DNA of 64,000 nucleotides from Camelus dromedarius (GCF_036321535.1 NC_087437.1:26662001-26726000); one strand, 5' to 3'. Shown: positions 23,841 through 37,465, numbered from the stretch's first letter. The notes: generated by a model from the letters alone, not told the origin. Translations and numbers: made by a program.

Positions 23841-25847
23841 CAGACGACGTAAGCTGGCGTGTCGGTCTACTCTCAGAAAGGACATTTACCAAGAGGTATC
23901 AGGCTTGCTGAAGTGGCTCCAATACCAACTCAAGCATTTACCTATTGATTCTTACGCCAGTGGAGTCCTCAAGGCCACCAGGAGAGACCCCCTTTCTGAA
24001 GGTGGACTGTTCAGCTGGTTGTGGTCAGCTCTTGGGTGCCTTTGGTCTGACAGTGAGAAATCTCAGGGGCAGCAGCCGGATGGCAGCCTCTTGGAAGAGC
24101 AGCCTGTCAGCCATGCCCCTCCCTGCTCCCTCCCGCTGCAAGGGTGCAGATGCCACCCACCACGCCCTGCAGGTCAGGGGCCCATGGGCTGTTCAGTTTC
24201 TTTCTTTTTTTTTTTTTTAATTAAAGGGAAAGAAGGCGAAGGTCCTTTCTGTTTCTGTGCCCTTCTTTCCTGGCCTCCTTAAAGAGCATGGGGTTCTTAA
24301 TTTCAAGAGAACTCACAAGGAATCGGAAGCCAAAAAATGGGTGGAAACTGGTTCGTCTTAGAAAGGCAGCGACCAACTGTTAGCAACAATCTGATTCAAG
24401 GTAGAAGAAGAAACAAAAAAATACCCCAGCTCCATCCCCTAGATCCATGCAATGGACTCCATACGGCTCTAAAAGACAGAACCCGAGGCCTGGCTCACTT
24501 CTCAGAACCTCAGTTTCTAATCATAAAAAATACTCCCAAAGCACTTTATTATGTGCACATTTTGCCATTTTTTAAAACGTGAGGCATGGACAATTATAGT
24601 AGGTCATAGATCTGGCAGCTAGATTAAACCACTCTTTAAGTCACTGCAAACTCATACATTATTTTTCCCTCTCAGTGATGAATCTTAATCTCCATTCTGA
24701 GGAATTCTTTTTTACTTTTAACACATAAAATTTTAAAATTACAACTGCTAAAAATAACCGTGGGTAGATTTTCTATTCCTTTGCTTCTGTTTCTTGGGCC
24801 CTTGTATCACAGCTGCTTTCCTGTAAGGAGGGTTGTTTGGGTTTGTTTGATAGGGTTTTTAAAAAACTTTTTTCTTTCATGCTTATGTTTTGAGCGTCTT
24901 CTGTTATTAATGGTGTCCTAAATTAGACATTATAAAAACAGTAAAGAAGCTTGTTCATGCAGCTGATTCAAAATTTCTTACCTAGAAACAGCGTATCAGC
25001 AGTTTTAGAAGACATAATAAATTAATATTATAACCTTCAAAACAGACTGCTGAAGGACCCAAGGATTACTCACACAGTGATTTTGTTGGGAAAGTTTTTT
25101 TTCTTCTTAGTGTGAGTTCCATATTTTTTTTTCAATGTTAAACATAGTTTGTTTATTGAAAGATTCCTGTATTTTAAGAGAGTAAAAGAGAATATTTTCT
25201 AAGAGTCAATTTTGTTTCTAAAATTCATATCATTTTTAATCCTCAAGGCATTGATTCCAAGAGCAGTCATCTTTGTAGTCCCTTCACTTCCCCAGGCCTG
25301 TGTTTGCATCCTGAGAAGTAGATGATGTATAAGGTCTCAAGAGTTTTAACATTCTATAGTTTCTCAGTTTAAATGCTCATTCTTCATTCTGTCTGACAGA
25401 AACAGCACTATTTCTCTGATCCCAGTTCCTGAGTGAGTGCCTGAGTGCCCCACTCCCCACATGCGCCTCTTCCCCACCAAGCCCCCCTCCCCTGCCCTGC
25501 AACCCACCCTGCCTCCACCCCTCCTTGGTTTTTTGTGGGCCTGAATCACATTCTTTCAGCCAAAAAAACCCTCCTTTGCCCTCCAAGAACCTGCATACTT
25601 TTAGGGGACCAGAAGGGCAAGTCACATGATTTCCTTTCTTGTCTAGAAATTGCTCCGTCGAAAGATTTCTCAGCATTTCTTTCACTTCATTTATTTCCGA
25701 TCCTTCAAATCCCACTTTGTTCTCAAGCTCAGAATTTCAGCAGATGGTCTTCTAAAAGGAAAAATATGTTGTGGTGTTCAATTCCTCTCTCTTATAGCCC
25801 TCACTTACCTACCCTTGAAGTCTTTTTCACATCCTACCCTCTTCTAA

Positions 25848-25849
<2 letters not shown>

Positions 25850-25899
<50 letters not shown>
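25850..25899. repeat. (AT)n microsatellite, ~25 units
   Basis: Uninterrupted alternating A/T run. Confidence 0.98.
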
Positions 25900-25901
<2 letters not shown>

Positions 25902-26189
25902 TTTTTCTTTTTCCTTTTGAAGTAGTGACCTCCTCAGCCACAGTTCCTTATTCTTTCTTGCTTGACATAGAAACTGGTCATTCCTAAGATAAACTCTGCA
26001 GACAACACAGTTCAATACCTTCAGACAAATAGTGAGGTTTTTATTGTAATAGCCTTATTTGCTTTCTGTTTTTTAAAAAAAAGATATTTTACTTTTTCCA
26101 ACATCCAACTTTCTAAGAAACAAAACATAGAAGCACAAATTCAGGATATTTTAGAGGAAGCAGAGTCCTTTGAGATGATGCAGTGGGGT

Positions 26190-26470
26190 GTCCCCACTTC
26201 ACAGATGAGAAACTGATAGGCTGAAACTGTGAGGCTCAAGGTCTTGTTACGAGCTGTGGCAGAGTTAAAACCAGAAGCAGAGATCGCTGTGTCCCAGACC
26301 AGACCCATCTCTACCTTGGTTTCTTCAACTGTAAAGAGTAAAGTATTTTGCAACCATAAAGGGAAATACCCGGCTCACAAGGGGATTTAGAAAGGTAAGT
26401 GAGTTAAATGGTAAATACTTAGACTAGAGTGTCTGGCACAGAGTAACGTTCCAGTAAATGTTAGTTCTCA
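26190..26470. mobile_element. MIR fragments
   Basis: cccacttcacagatgagaaactga (minus) and gtgtctggcacagagtaacg..taaatgttag (plus). Confidence 0.6.
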
Positions 26471-28529
26471 TTGGCAGAAGTACCAAAGACCCACATTGTA
26501 AGGAAAAGATGCCCTATGTTGTCACTGTGTGAATTTTGTCAAAACTTTAACATATCTTTATTCTGTGGAGTTTCTATTAGAAATTTGAAGGATAGGATTC
26601 AGCCCCAAATGATGACCCTGATAAATTCACCCACATAAAATATAATACTAATAACAATTTAAAAGTTAAAAAAGCATCACAGCATTAAAATATGTTTTAT
26701 AAGGTAGATGCCATTCCCAAGGGCATAGAGACATCCTTGATCATCTGTTGCTTTTTTTAACCATATCTATCATCTTTCAAGGTTTTAGGATGATTTCCTA
26801 CAAAAAGATGTACTATAGTTTTAAACATAATATCTTCCTAATATCTTTTATTCCTCATATATTTTTCCTCTTTCTCTTTTTCCATCCTGATTATTCTCCC
26901 ACTGAAAACAAATTTTGGGCCTTCCGGAGTTATGAAATGGCCACGTGTCTGAAGGCAGCAGCCTGTCCTTTCTCTAAACCGACAATGCTATCTGTTCATC
27001 AAACATGCAACTTACTCTGTTTTTTGTTATATTATTTGCTTCCTTATCCCACTGATATTTTCATTCTTAAGAGGGAATAGGCAAGGGAGGGTGGTGAGAA
27101 ATCTTCAAAGAGGAATAGCTTAAAATGAAAAGGCTTTAAAATGTCACTGTGTCAATACCCCGCGGGCTATAAATGGAAGGAGCGGGCGAGACCTGAAAAT
27201 CGCTGTTACTTGCAACGTGGTTGAAATGCGGCACACATTTAGAATTCCCTTTCAAATGTCAAGTTTGTGAGACTCTTTTAGAATGTATGGCTATTTTTCA
27301 TAGGCATAATAATCGGTAAAGATATCCTTCAGAACATGAGATTAATTGTGAAGTGAGTTTGGGCCTGACTGAAGTGCCACACCAGACATGTGGGTTTATT
27401 TTCCTGTTGATTGTATAACCTCATGGTTTCTTCTGAATTAAAAAAAAAAAAAAAACCAGAGGAAAGGTTATGAATGAACCCCTCATTTGCTGAGAGGAGG
27501 CGGAGGCGGGGATAGGACAGTGATTGAAGGGGGAGTGACTCAGCACAGAGGGGCTGGATCGGGAGCGTGACTGGCTGTAAGGAACAGCTGGGGTCAGACG
27601 GGCACCATGGTGAAGCCCAGAGCCGAGGCCTCTCGCAACATGATCTCATTCAGTCCTCACAACACCCTGTGAGGTAGGAACCATGATCCGTTTGCCACAT
27701 TAGGACACTGAGACTTACCCAAGATCACTCAGCTGGCAGACGATACCCAGTGATGTGGGAAAGGCATGAGAAGTAATACACATCGCCCAGGGTGGGCGGA
27801 GGGTGGGGTGCAATTGCCTTTGACTCATGGACAAGCTTGGTGAGGGCAAGACGGGTAAGAGGTGAGGCGAGGGCTACTAAGAAGCTAGGGAAGTCTGGCA
27901 GCTGAGGCGGCACAAAGGAGCGCCTGCTTTCCTACTGATGCCTCAGCCAACAGAGCGTCCAACAGCCTCTAGAGGTGCGATTCTGAAACCATGAAGAGGG
28001 TGGGGATATGGAAAATATGAAGAGATCCCGCAGTTCCTCTGATGTGTGGTATATGGCTCTGGCTTTAACGAGGGTGACTATTGGTTGGTTTTCTGGGGTC
28101 ACTGTCACTAGATGAGGTGGAAGATTGCAGGGGTCTGAGTGGTTCTCATGACCTTTGCTTTCTCGATGTTCACTCATTTGCTGCTAGGATGTGAGGTCAG
28201 CATTACAAAATCCTGCACACGCTGAGCTAAACCATGCCAAAGCAAGATCCATTATTCATGTAGACCAGATGAGCACCACCTCTCTAGAGAAGCAAAAGCC
28301 TGACAGTGCATATGAGGAAAAATTTTAGATGTTTTTTCATTCCCCCAAAATAGGAAATTCTTAGAAAATGGGGAGGTATGAAATACATATATACATGTAT
28401 CCATATGTGTGTATATACGTGTTTATACTTATGGGCAGACAGACACACACACACACTCAAACACATACTTCCAGCATGGACATTTTAGCAGGAACCAGTT
28501 TTTATTTTAGGCACAATTTTTGTTTTAGG

Positions 28530-28945
28530 TCTTATTCAAGATTGAGTTCTCTTAGAACTCTCTGAGATGAAGGTTTGTGTGCAAGGTGTTCATTCAGTAG
28601 TGATTTTAGGATCAACATTTGTAAAAAGACGAGAAGAAAGCATAGGGAGAAACCAGCCCCACTGACTGCCTGACAGCCTCAGTCAACCCTGTGGGGAGCT
28701 CTGGAGCTAAAATGGCCAGTCCAGGTGTCCTACATTAGGTCAAAAGGCTGAGCTTTTCTGCTTCCACCTCAATCAGTCACTGGAAATGGGCTGCCCCAGG
28801 AGGAGTCTGTCCCTAGGAGAGGCTGCTCTTTGAAGGTTAAGAGGCTGACAGCTAAAAGCTGTCTGCCAACTGCCTCCCAGCAGCAAAGGCAACAAATCCT
28901 TCCTTTATGAGAGAGACAGGTTCCCATCATTGAGATCACCATGGA
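28530..28945 (-). mobile_element. LTR16-like ERVL solo LTR
   Basis: ctgagatgaaggtttgtgtgcaagg..gggagctctggagc..cagtcactggaaatgggctgcccc; resembles the reverse complement of the LTR at 62497-62904. Confidence 0.6.
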
Positions 28946-29266
28946 TCTGGTTCTAACTGACTGTGTGCACTTGGGCAGGTCACTGTGTCTCTCTGGGTTT
29001 CAACTTTATCTCCTACAGGAGGTCTGGTTTATTTCACTTAGCTCTAAAATTCTAAATTTTTAAAATCAAAATAAATTTTCATAGCCTACCTTCTACCTTC
29101 TCTTTAGTAAATGGAGAAAACAATCCTACACATATGATGAAAAGATATGCACATGCAGACTTATAGGTGGCAAGTCTTCTTGTTCCTTCTGTCACAGGAG
29201 GGGTTTGGCCAGAAAGTATAAGCAAGAGGAAACGTGGAAATGGTTAGCTAAGAATTCCATTCTTGG

Positions 29267-30181
29267 AGACCCAAACTAGAAATTCTCCAGTGAAGACATA
29301 CAAATGGCCAATAAGCACATGAAAAAATGCTCAATATCACTTATTATCAGAGAAATGCAAATCAAAACTACAATGAGGTATCACCTCACACCAGTCAGAA
29401 TGGCCATCATTCAAAAGTCCACAAAGGATAAATGCTGGAGAGCGTATGGAGAAAAGGGAACCCTCTTACACTATTGGTGGGAATGTAGTTTCGTGTAGCC
29501 GTTATGGAAAACAGTAAGGAGATTCCTCAAAAAACTAAACATAGACTTATCAAATGATCCAGCAATCCCACTGCTGGGTATATATCCAGAGGGAACTTTA
29601 ATTCAAAAAGATACATGCACCCCAATGTTCATAGTAGCACTATTTACAATAGCCAAGACATGGAAACAGATGACTGGATAAAGAAGTTGCAGTACGTTTA
29701 TAGAGTGGACTACTACTCAGCCGTAAAAAAGAATAAAATAATACCATTTGTGGCAACATGGATGGACCTGGAGACTGTCATTCTAAGTAGAGTAAGTCAA
29801 AAGGAGAAAGGAAAATAGCACATGATATCACTTATATGTGGAATCTTCAAAAAAAAAAAAAAAAAGACAAATGAACTCATTTACAAAACAGAAACAGACT
29901 CACAGACATAGAAAACAAACTTGTGTTTACCAGTGGGGAAGGGGGTGGGAAGGGATAAATTGGGAGTTTGAGATTTGCAGATACTAACTACTATATATAA
30001 AATAGATAAACAACAAGTTTATACTGTATAGCACAAGGAACTATATTCAATATCTTGTAGTAACTATAATGAAAAAGAAAATGAACATATGTATGTATAT
30101 GTATGATGAACAATTATACTGTACACCAGAAACTGACACAACATTGTAAACTGACTATATGTCAATTAAAAAAAAAAAAAC
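29267..30181 (+). mobile_element. Young 5'-truncated L1 (ORF2 C-terminus, 3' UTR, poly-A)
   Basis: Peptide [36 protein letters not shown] is L1 ORF2; poly-A tail; perfect 16-bp TSD agaattccattcttgg (29251-29266 / 30182-30197). Confidence 0.95.
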
Positions 30182-30994
30182 AGAATTCCATTCTTGGCAG
30201 CGCTGGAGAGCTATCCAGGTGGCCATATCATGTGTCTCTAGAATGGAGAATACAAAATTCAGGTTGTTTCTTAGCCTTTAGATGTTCCAGACTACGTAAT
30301 TACAATTTTCTCTCTTTCTCATGTTATGGTGATTAGATTCAGTTGTAGGAACATTAAGGGGGGGAAAGTACTCTTCTCGCTTCTTCCTTTATCAGCCAGC
30401 CCACAGGATCTTCCACCTCCTCCCCAGCTAGATTTTTCAAGGCTCGTGTGGGCATCAGCACTGTGGAAGCCAGATGGCAGTTTTCTTGAATCTGCCTGTT
30501 CTACTTTAACAGCCTCTTTGCAAAAAGCTCCCCTGAAAGAGTATTCTGCAGGTAGGGTCAGCATGAGAAAATGGTGAATTCAAATCATCTGAGAACACGG
30601 GATCCCCAAATACCAAGTAGTTGTGAAGGCAGTTTAAAGGCAGAACTCAGCGTGGAGACTTTCAGGGGTCTATTGCTGAGTGAAATAGGCAACGTGGTAA
30701 AGCATACCCAGGAAATATGTCTCTGGTTCTTCATTTCGGTTGTAGAAATGGTCACCCATTTGTAGGTAGGAACTGATTGGTACGGGAAAGTTTTGATGTC
30801 TAATACAGCTTACCATTTTCTAGATTTGGGGGCATATCTTTGTCTCATGGTGAGAATCTCAGGATGGACCAACTTGGTTGCTGACGTTTGTTTGCTAAGA
30901 GAAAATGGTTAGAGCAGCATGGGTGGTGGAGAGAAGGGGAGATATTATGGAGATTCTGGGTGAAGAAAGATTGAGTGCACTGTGGGTTTTCAGA

Positions 30995-31150
30995 TGCCAG
31001 TCTACAGGCTGGGATCAAGCTGATTGCTTCAGAGTCACTTGGGGAACTTGTTAAAAATAGAGATTTCTGAAACCCATCCTTAGAAATGTTGATATAATAA
31101 CAAATTCTCTTGATTGATTCTGACATGCAGTTAGGTTTAGGAACTACAGG
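30995..31150. mobile_element. MER5A-like hAT element
   Basis: cagagtcacttggggaacttgttaaaaatagagatt..gattctgacatgcag..ggaactac. Confidence 0.6.
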
Positions 31151-32594
31151 AGTAGTTAGAATGTAAACCTTAAATCACTGGAGTTCATCCATTATTCAAA
31201 TATATGGTTATTAAGCATCTTCTATGAAAATGTTGCTCAGTTAAATTCCATGGAATTCATAAATATGTATAAAGACATAGTTGTCTCAAATCCCTTTAAC
31301 GTGAGCAGAGAATTAGATAGGTAAGCAGGTAGGTGACAGACAGAGATGTTCTCAGACATGAGTCTCCATTCCAGTGGAATGGAGAAAACAGAATGGAACT
31401 CTGATGCCTAGGGAAAGGAAGCAGATGTTTTAAACCAAGTTAGAAAAGAAGAGGGAGACAGCTTGGCAGATTTCCCAGGAACGGTCCCTAGTTGAGATGT
31501 CCAAGATGTCTTGGAGAAGACAAATATTAATATCAACCTCACAATTTTGTAGAAAAAATTCATTAAAGCACATATATAGTATTTAGCACAGTATGTGATG
31601 ATCATTAATAAATGGTAGATATTAATAATTATAGAGATTTAAAGGGCTATGGGCAAGTTCTTTTTACAAAAATATCTCTCCCTCTCTGCCTGCCTATAAT
31701 TCCTTTACTGAGTTTTGAAGCCTTTTTGGAAAAGACTTTCACTGAAGAAACTATTTTGAAAGTCACATGCCTTAAGCTTTTCATAGTTAGCCTAGGAAGA
31801 AGGAGAAGAAAAATAGGGGACAGTGACCACATGGGAGGACAGAAGTCAGAAAGGAGCTGAGGTGGTGCAGAGGCTCATTTTCACGTATCTGACATCAGGA
31901 CTGTAGAAGCTGCCCTCCCGAAGGTGGGTCAGTGGTCCAAGGCAGGAGGTATGGCCTGTGAATGTGATCATTCAGAGCCCAGGCCCCCTCCGCCTAACTG
32001 CACCTCTTCCTCTCAGCAGCTGGCAGATGGGGAAAGAGAGTATGGAGAGGGCTCCCCTGTTTCTTAACCACTTGGATCTTTGCAGAACTCTGGTGCTCAC
32101 CTTCCTTTGGTGAGAATCAGTCACTTGGCCCATCTAGACATAAGTGGGGTGCGGGGTGGGCTAGAGAAGAGCTGAGTTGAGTTAGTCTTCATGAAAAGTG
32201 TAAGAAAGAGTTGAAAAAAAAGTAGGAGAGATTAAAAGAGAGAAATGACGGCAAAATCCTGAGATGCCAGAAAATTCTGTGTGGTGAGAACACTAGGGGT
32301 GTCCTCGGTTACGGGAGGGAGATGGAAAGGACACATCCATGAAACTCTACTGTCTGGTGTTAAGCTATCTGGTCACTTCCATGTAAGTCCCTCTCTCTTG
32401 CCATATTTTTAGTGAAGACATTCACACCAAAGATGCCTTCTGTGGGAGGGTTTTCAGGGGTACCCAGGGAAGGGCCAGAGGTCCACAAAGGAGCTGGCAA
32501 ACCGTGGGGCAGGGACAGCATTGTGCAGGGTGGGAGAAGCCCTATGAACAAAACTGATACAGATGAGTTGGAAATCATAGGTGACCGTCCACCC

Positions 32595-32850
32595 TGTGTT
32601 TACTAAGCACCTAATATCTGCCGGGCACTATTCTAGGACAGGAGGACAATGCCTGAACAAAATAGATAAGGTCTCCAAGAACTCAGTCTGGTGGCCTGAC
32701 AGACAATATGTAACAAAAAAATAAACGAGAAAACAAAGCAGGGGGAGTGATGGTGAATGGCGCCTCCACTTGAGAACAGACAGTCATTTTGCAGAGGTGA
32801 TACTGAACCTGAAAACATTCCCATCAGGATTTGCAAGCATCTTGGGGAGA
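32595..32850 (-). mobile_element. L2 3' fragment
   Basis: tgtttactaagcacctaatatctgccgggcactattctagg..gaacaaaatagataaggtctcc. Confidence 0.65.
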
Positions 32851-33169
32851 GAGGGAGGTCCAGGTCTCCCGGGAGCAGAGTGACCCCATACTCATTTTTC
32901 CTGCTAAACCTCTCCCTCTACTCAATGAGGTAATATTCTTTCTCAAAGGACAATGAGCATGTCTTGAGCCCTTCTTTGTATGCTGTGGACAGAGATTTGC
33001 TTCTCAGAAGATGAAATCAAGGTTGTTACTTAAAAAGAGGTTCATGGATGCTGCTTCCCTAGGGTCACTAAGGAAAAGGCAGTGAACTGCCAATTTGAAA
33101 TTATTTGATCCCACGCTTGCCTAGAGGCAGAAGAATAAAGCTAACTAGAAGACCCCTAAAGCTCTCTAG

Positions 33170-33606
33170 CTGTTCGGAGGGAAAGATGCGCTCCACCCTC
33201 CCGCAGAATGAAGACTACCCGGTTGGCGGATGATGACGTCCTTGCAAAGCAGGCGGCGCAAGGGCACCAGCCCTGGTTCTGGGAAACTGCGGCACCCGCG
33301 CTGGCTGCCGAGCTGCCTGCCGGAGTCAGGGGCAACGAAAAGAAGGAGCTCCATCTAGTGTTGTTACAAAACAAGACCAAAGGCATCCTGACCGGTTTAT
33401 CAGGTGAACAAACACACCCTGTCTTTTGTCAAGAAAATATTGCCCCCAAAAGCCAAAGCTGCCAAGTTGTGGGAGTTCAGCGCAGAGTAGAAAGCTGACT
33501 GCACCATTGGCTGGAAATGTACCCGGGAACAGGAAGAAGACTGAATTGGTCTTAAGCGCTCGCTTATCAGTGTTTCCTCCTCGAAAGGCAGACCCCACCA
33601 GTAAGT
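33170..33606. promoter_or_regulatory. Small CpG-rich patch; candidate promoter/enhancer and first exon
   Basis: Locally retained CpGs, CRE-like TGACGTC at 33234-33240, donor CCA|GTAAGT at 33601. Confidence 0.4.
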
Positions 33607-33729
33607 GCTGGCTCCTCTGTTGTTATAAAATGAGGATCTGGGACAGCATCCAGAGGAATCCGAGGAGACACATACACTGGGTCCTGTACGTATATGACTT
33701 TTGGAGCGTTTGTACATATACATACATAT

Positions 33730-34625
33730 ATATGCTATTTGGATATCTTTCTTTTTGAATTAACTGTTCAAGTCTATTGGCCATTTTCCCAGGATCTTTT
33801 TCTTAGTTACTTGTACTAGTTTTTTATATATTCTGATAGAGCCTTTTATTAATTATATATGCTGAAATATATCCTCCTCTCATGGCTTATTTTTTCATTC
33901 TCTTAATGGTGTCTCTGGATAAGCAGAGGTTCTTGATTTTAATGGAATCCAATTTATAAATCTTTCCGTAAATGTTTTTTTTTCTGTGTCCTCTTTTTAA
34001 AAGACTTCCCTACCCTGATGACAAGAAGACAAGAAGATACTGTCTTAAGTTATCGTTCAAGAGATTTATTGTTTTGCCTTTTGTGTTTAAGACTGCAATC
34101 TCCTGAAACTGAAATTTTGTCAGTAGGAGGCAGCACTCATGTTTTCCTTCTGTGTGGATTTCCAGTTGTCTTAGGTCTATTCATTGGAAAGGCTATCCTC
34201 ATCCCACTCTTCTGCAGCACCACCATTGTCAGAAATCAACTGTTCATTTGTTTGTACATTTTAGAATGATCTATTCTGTTCCCTTGTTCTACCTTGCCCC
34301 AATATCAAACTGACCTAATCACTGGACATATGTCTTCATGTCTTGAAGAGCTAGTCCTCTCACCAAATCTTCAAATGTCTTGGCCATTATTAAAACTTTG
34401 TATTTCCACATAAAATTTAGCATCACAAGACTGCATTAAGGCTGTAGGATACTGGCGAACTGACATTTTTTTTTATAACATTAAATACAGAATCAATCAA
34501 TATGGCTTTTATAGGTCTTTTAAAATTTCTCTCAATAATACTTTTTAATTCTCCACATAGAAACCTTAGACATTTTTTGTTAGATTTACTTCTAGGTGTT
34601 TGATTTTTTTTTCCTTCTGTAAATG
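33730..34625 (-). mobile_element. Old L1M ORF2 fragment
   Basis: Degenerate antisense L1 (ctgttcaagtctattggccatttt..tttgtatttccacataaaatttag..gttagatttacttctagg). Confidence 0.7.
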
Positions 34626-34629
34626 TTCT

Positions 34630-35930
34630 CTTTTTTTAAAAAAAAAATAGATTTTATTTGTTAGAGCTTTATTTGTTTAGCTTCACAGTAAAATTGAGCA
34701 GAAAGTACAGAGAGTTCCAATATTCCCGCCTCTCCCCTCCCACTCCCAGTTTCCCCTTTTATTAACATCTTGCATTAGTATTACAAACCAATATTGATAC
34801 ATAACTATTAACTAAAGTCCATAATTTGCATTAGGGTTCCCTCTTAGTATTGTACAGTTCTTTGGGTTTTGACAAATGTATGTAGTTACATTTCCACCAT
34901 TACAATATCACACAATGTAGTTTCACTGACTTAAAATTCCTCTGTGCTCCACCTATTCATCCCTCCCTCCATCCTAACCCCTGGTAACCACTGACTCCTT
35001 TACTGTCTCCATAGTTCTGCCTTTTGCAGTATGCCAATAAGTTGGAATCACACCACAAGTACCCTTTTCAGATCAGCTTCTTTCACTTAATAATATGCAT
35101 TTGAAGTTCCTCTAAATCTTTTCATGGCTTGATAACTCACTTTCTTTTAGCTCTGAATAATATTTTATTGTCTGGCTGTACCTACCACAGATGATTTATC
35201 CACTCACCTACTGAAAAACATTTTAGTTGCTTCCAAGTTTTGGCAATTTTGAATAAAGCTGCTATAAACATATGTGCGCAGGTTTTTGTGTAAGCATAAC
35301 TTTTCAGCTTCTTTGGGTAAATAACAAGAGTGCAATTGCTGAATCCCATGGTAAGAACATGTTTAGTTTTGTTAAGAAACTGCCAAGGTGTCTTCCAAAG
35401 CAATTGTACCATTTTCCACTCACACCAGCAATGAATGAGAGTTCCTGTTGCTCCACATCTTTGACAGCATTTGGTGTTGTCAGTGTTCCAGATTTTGGCC
35501 ATTATAATAAGTGTATGGTGATATCTCGTTGTTTAATTTGCAATTGCCTGATGATATGTGACATTGAGCATCTTTTCATAGGCTTATTTGCCATCTGTGT
35601 ATCTTTTTTGGGGAGGTGTCTGTTCAGATCTTTTGTGCATTTTCAGATTGTTCATTTTCTCACTGTTGACTTTTAAGAGTTCTTTGTATATTTTAAATAA
35701 TAACCAATGTGTCTTTTGCAAATATTTTCTCTTAGTCTGTGACTTATCTTCTCATTCTCTTGACGGTGTCTTTAGCAGAGTAAAATATTTTAATTTTAAT
35801 GAAGCCCAGGTTATCAGTTATTTCTTTCATAGATTTTGCATTTGGTGGTGTATCTAAAAAGTCACCAACCAACCTAAGGTCATCTAGATTTCCTGTATTA
35901 TCTTTAGGAGTTGTATAGTTACGTGTTTTT
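34630..35930 (-). mobile_element. L1MB/MC-like element (ORF2 C-terminus plus 3' UTR)
   Basis: ORF 35182-35502(-) NTKCCQRCGATGTLIHCWCEWKMVQLLWK..YPKKLKSY..MFIAALFKIAKTWKQ is the L1 ORF2 C-terminus. Confidence 0.9.
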
Positions 35931-35967
35931 CTGATTTTCTACATAGATGACTATATCATAGATGATA

Positions 35968-37465
35968 TAAGATCAACATGCAAAAATCAATTGTATTTTT
36001 ACATACTCCAAGGAAGACATGGAAATCAAAATTAAAAACATAATGCCATTTATACTTACTAAACTGTGAAATACATAGGCAAATCTAATAAGCCATGTGC
36101 TGGACTTACATGATGAAAATGCAAAAATACTGGTGAAAGAAATTAAAGAGCTTAAAAGAATGGAGGAACATACCATGTTCATCTTCAACATAGTGAAGAT
36201 GTCAGTTTTCCACAAATTGAACTACAGTTGTAGTCTAATTCCTATCAAAACCCCACAAAAATTTTTGTAGATATGGGCAACTTATTTTAAAATTTATACG
36301 GAGAAGCAAAGAAAGTGGAATAGCTAAAACAATTTTGGAAAAGAAGAATAAAGTGGACTGAATTTCTCTACCTGACTTTTAGATTTAGAATTTAGCTACA
36401 GCAATCAGTGTAGAACTGGCAAAGTGATACACACAAAGATCAATGGGACAAAACAGATAATTCAGAAATAGACCCTGCACACAAGTTTGGCCGGCTGATT
36501 TCTGACAAAGGTGCAAAAGAAACTCAAAGGAGGAAAGATATTCTTTTCAATAAATGATGCTAGAGCAATTGAATATGTATAGGCAAAAACAACCTTAACC
36601 TAAACCTCATACTTTGTATAAAAATTATCTCAAAACATATCATATTTTAAAACATTAAACCATAAAACTTTTAGAAGAAAACGGAGGAGAACACCATCAG
36701 GATTTAAGGCTAAATGAAGAGCTCTTAGATGTGATACCAAAGCATGATCCACCCCCCCCTAAAAAAATTGACCAATTGGACTTTATGAATGTTAAGAACT
36801 TTGCTCTGTAAAGGACCCTGCCAAGAAAACAGATGCACTAGATACAGGATGGAAGAAAACACCACATATCCAACAAAAGACTTATATCTAGAATATATAT
36901 ATCTATAATATGTATTATATTTGCCTCAACAGCAAAAAAATTTATAAGAATTCAATTAGAAAATTGGCAAAAGACATGAACAGACATTTCACCAAAAAGA
37001 ATCTCAATGGAATTATGCCAATCTTAAAAAGTACTGTCTAACTCTATGTATACAAGTGTCTCAAAATGTGAAAATTTTAGAGAACAGATTGCCAAGCGTT
37101 AGGAGGTGATGGGAGAGGAGGGTGGGTGTGGCTATAAAAGGGTAGCAGGAGGAGACTTTGTGGTAATGAAACAGTTCTGTACCTTGATCGTGGTAATGGG
37201 TATATGAATCTACACATGTGATAAAATTGCATAGAGTGTGTGAGTGAGCGTGTGCGTGAGCACACACACACACACAAATAATGCATATAAACCTGGTGCA
37301 CTCTGAATAGGTCTGTGGACTGCACCAATGTCCATCTCCTAGTTTTGATATTGTGCTATAGTTATGTTAGCTGTTATCACTGGGGGACACTGGGTGACAG
37401 GTCCCCAGGACCTCTGTACTACTTTTATAACTTCCTGTGAATCTATAATGATTCCAGAATGAAGA
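35968..37465 (+). mobile_element. L1MC/MD-like fragment (ORF2 region plus 3' UTR)
   Basis: ataagatcaacatgcaaaaatcaattgtattt..tagctaaaacaattttggaaaagaagaataaag..aacagacatttcaccaaa..aacttcctgtgaatctataat. Confidence 0.85.

Noticed and set aside
25445..25987. 180-aa ORF, the longest in the track
   Set aside because: Non-ATG start, reads through the (AT)n microsatellite (IYIYIY), no recognisable domain
29304..29818. L1 ORF2 peptides as host genes or an active retrotransposon
   Set aside because: 5'-truncated fragments with stops; no ORF1, endonuclease or intact reverse transcriptase in the window
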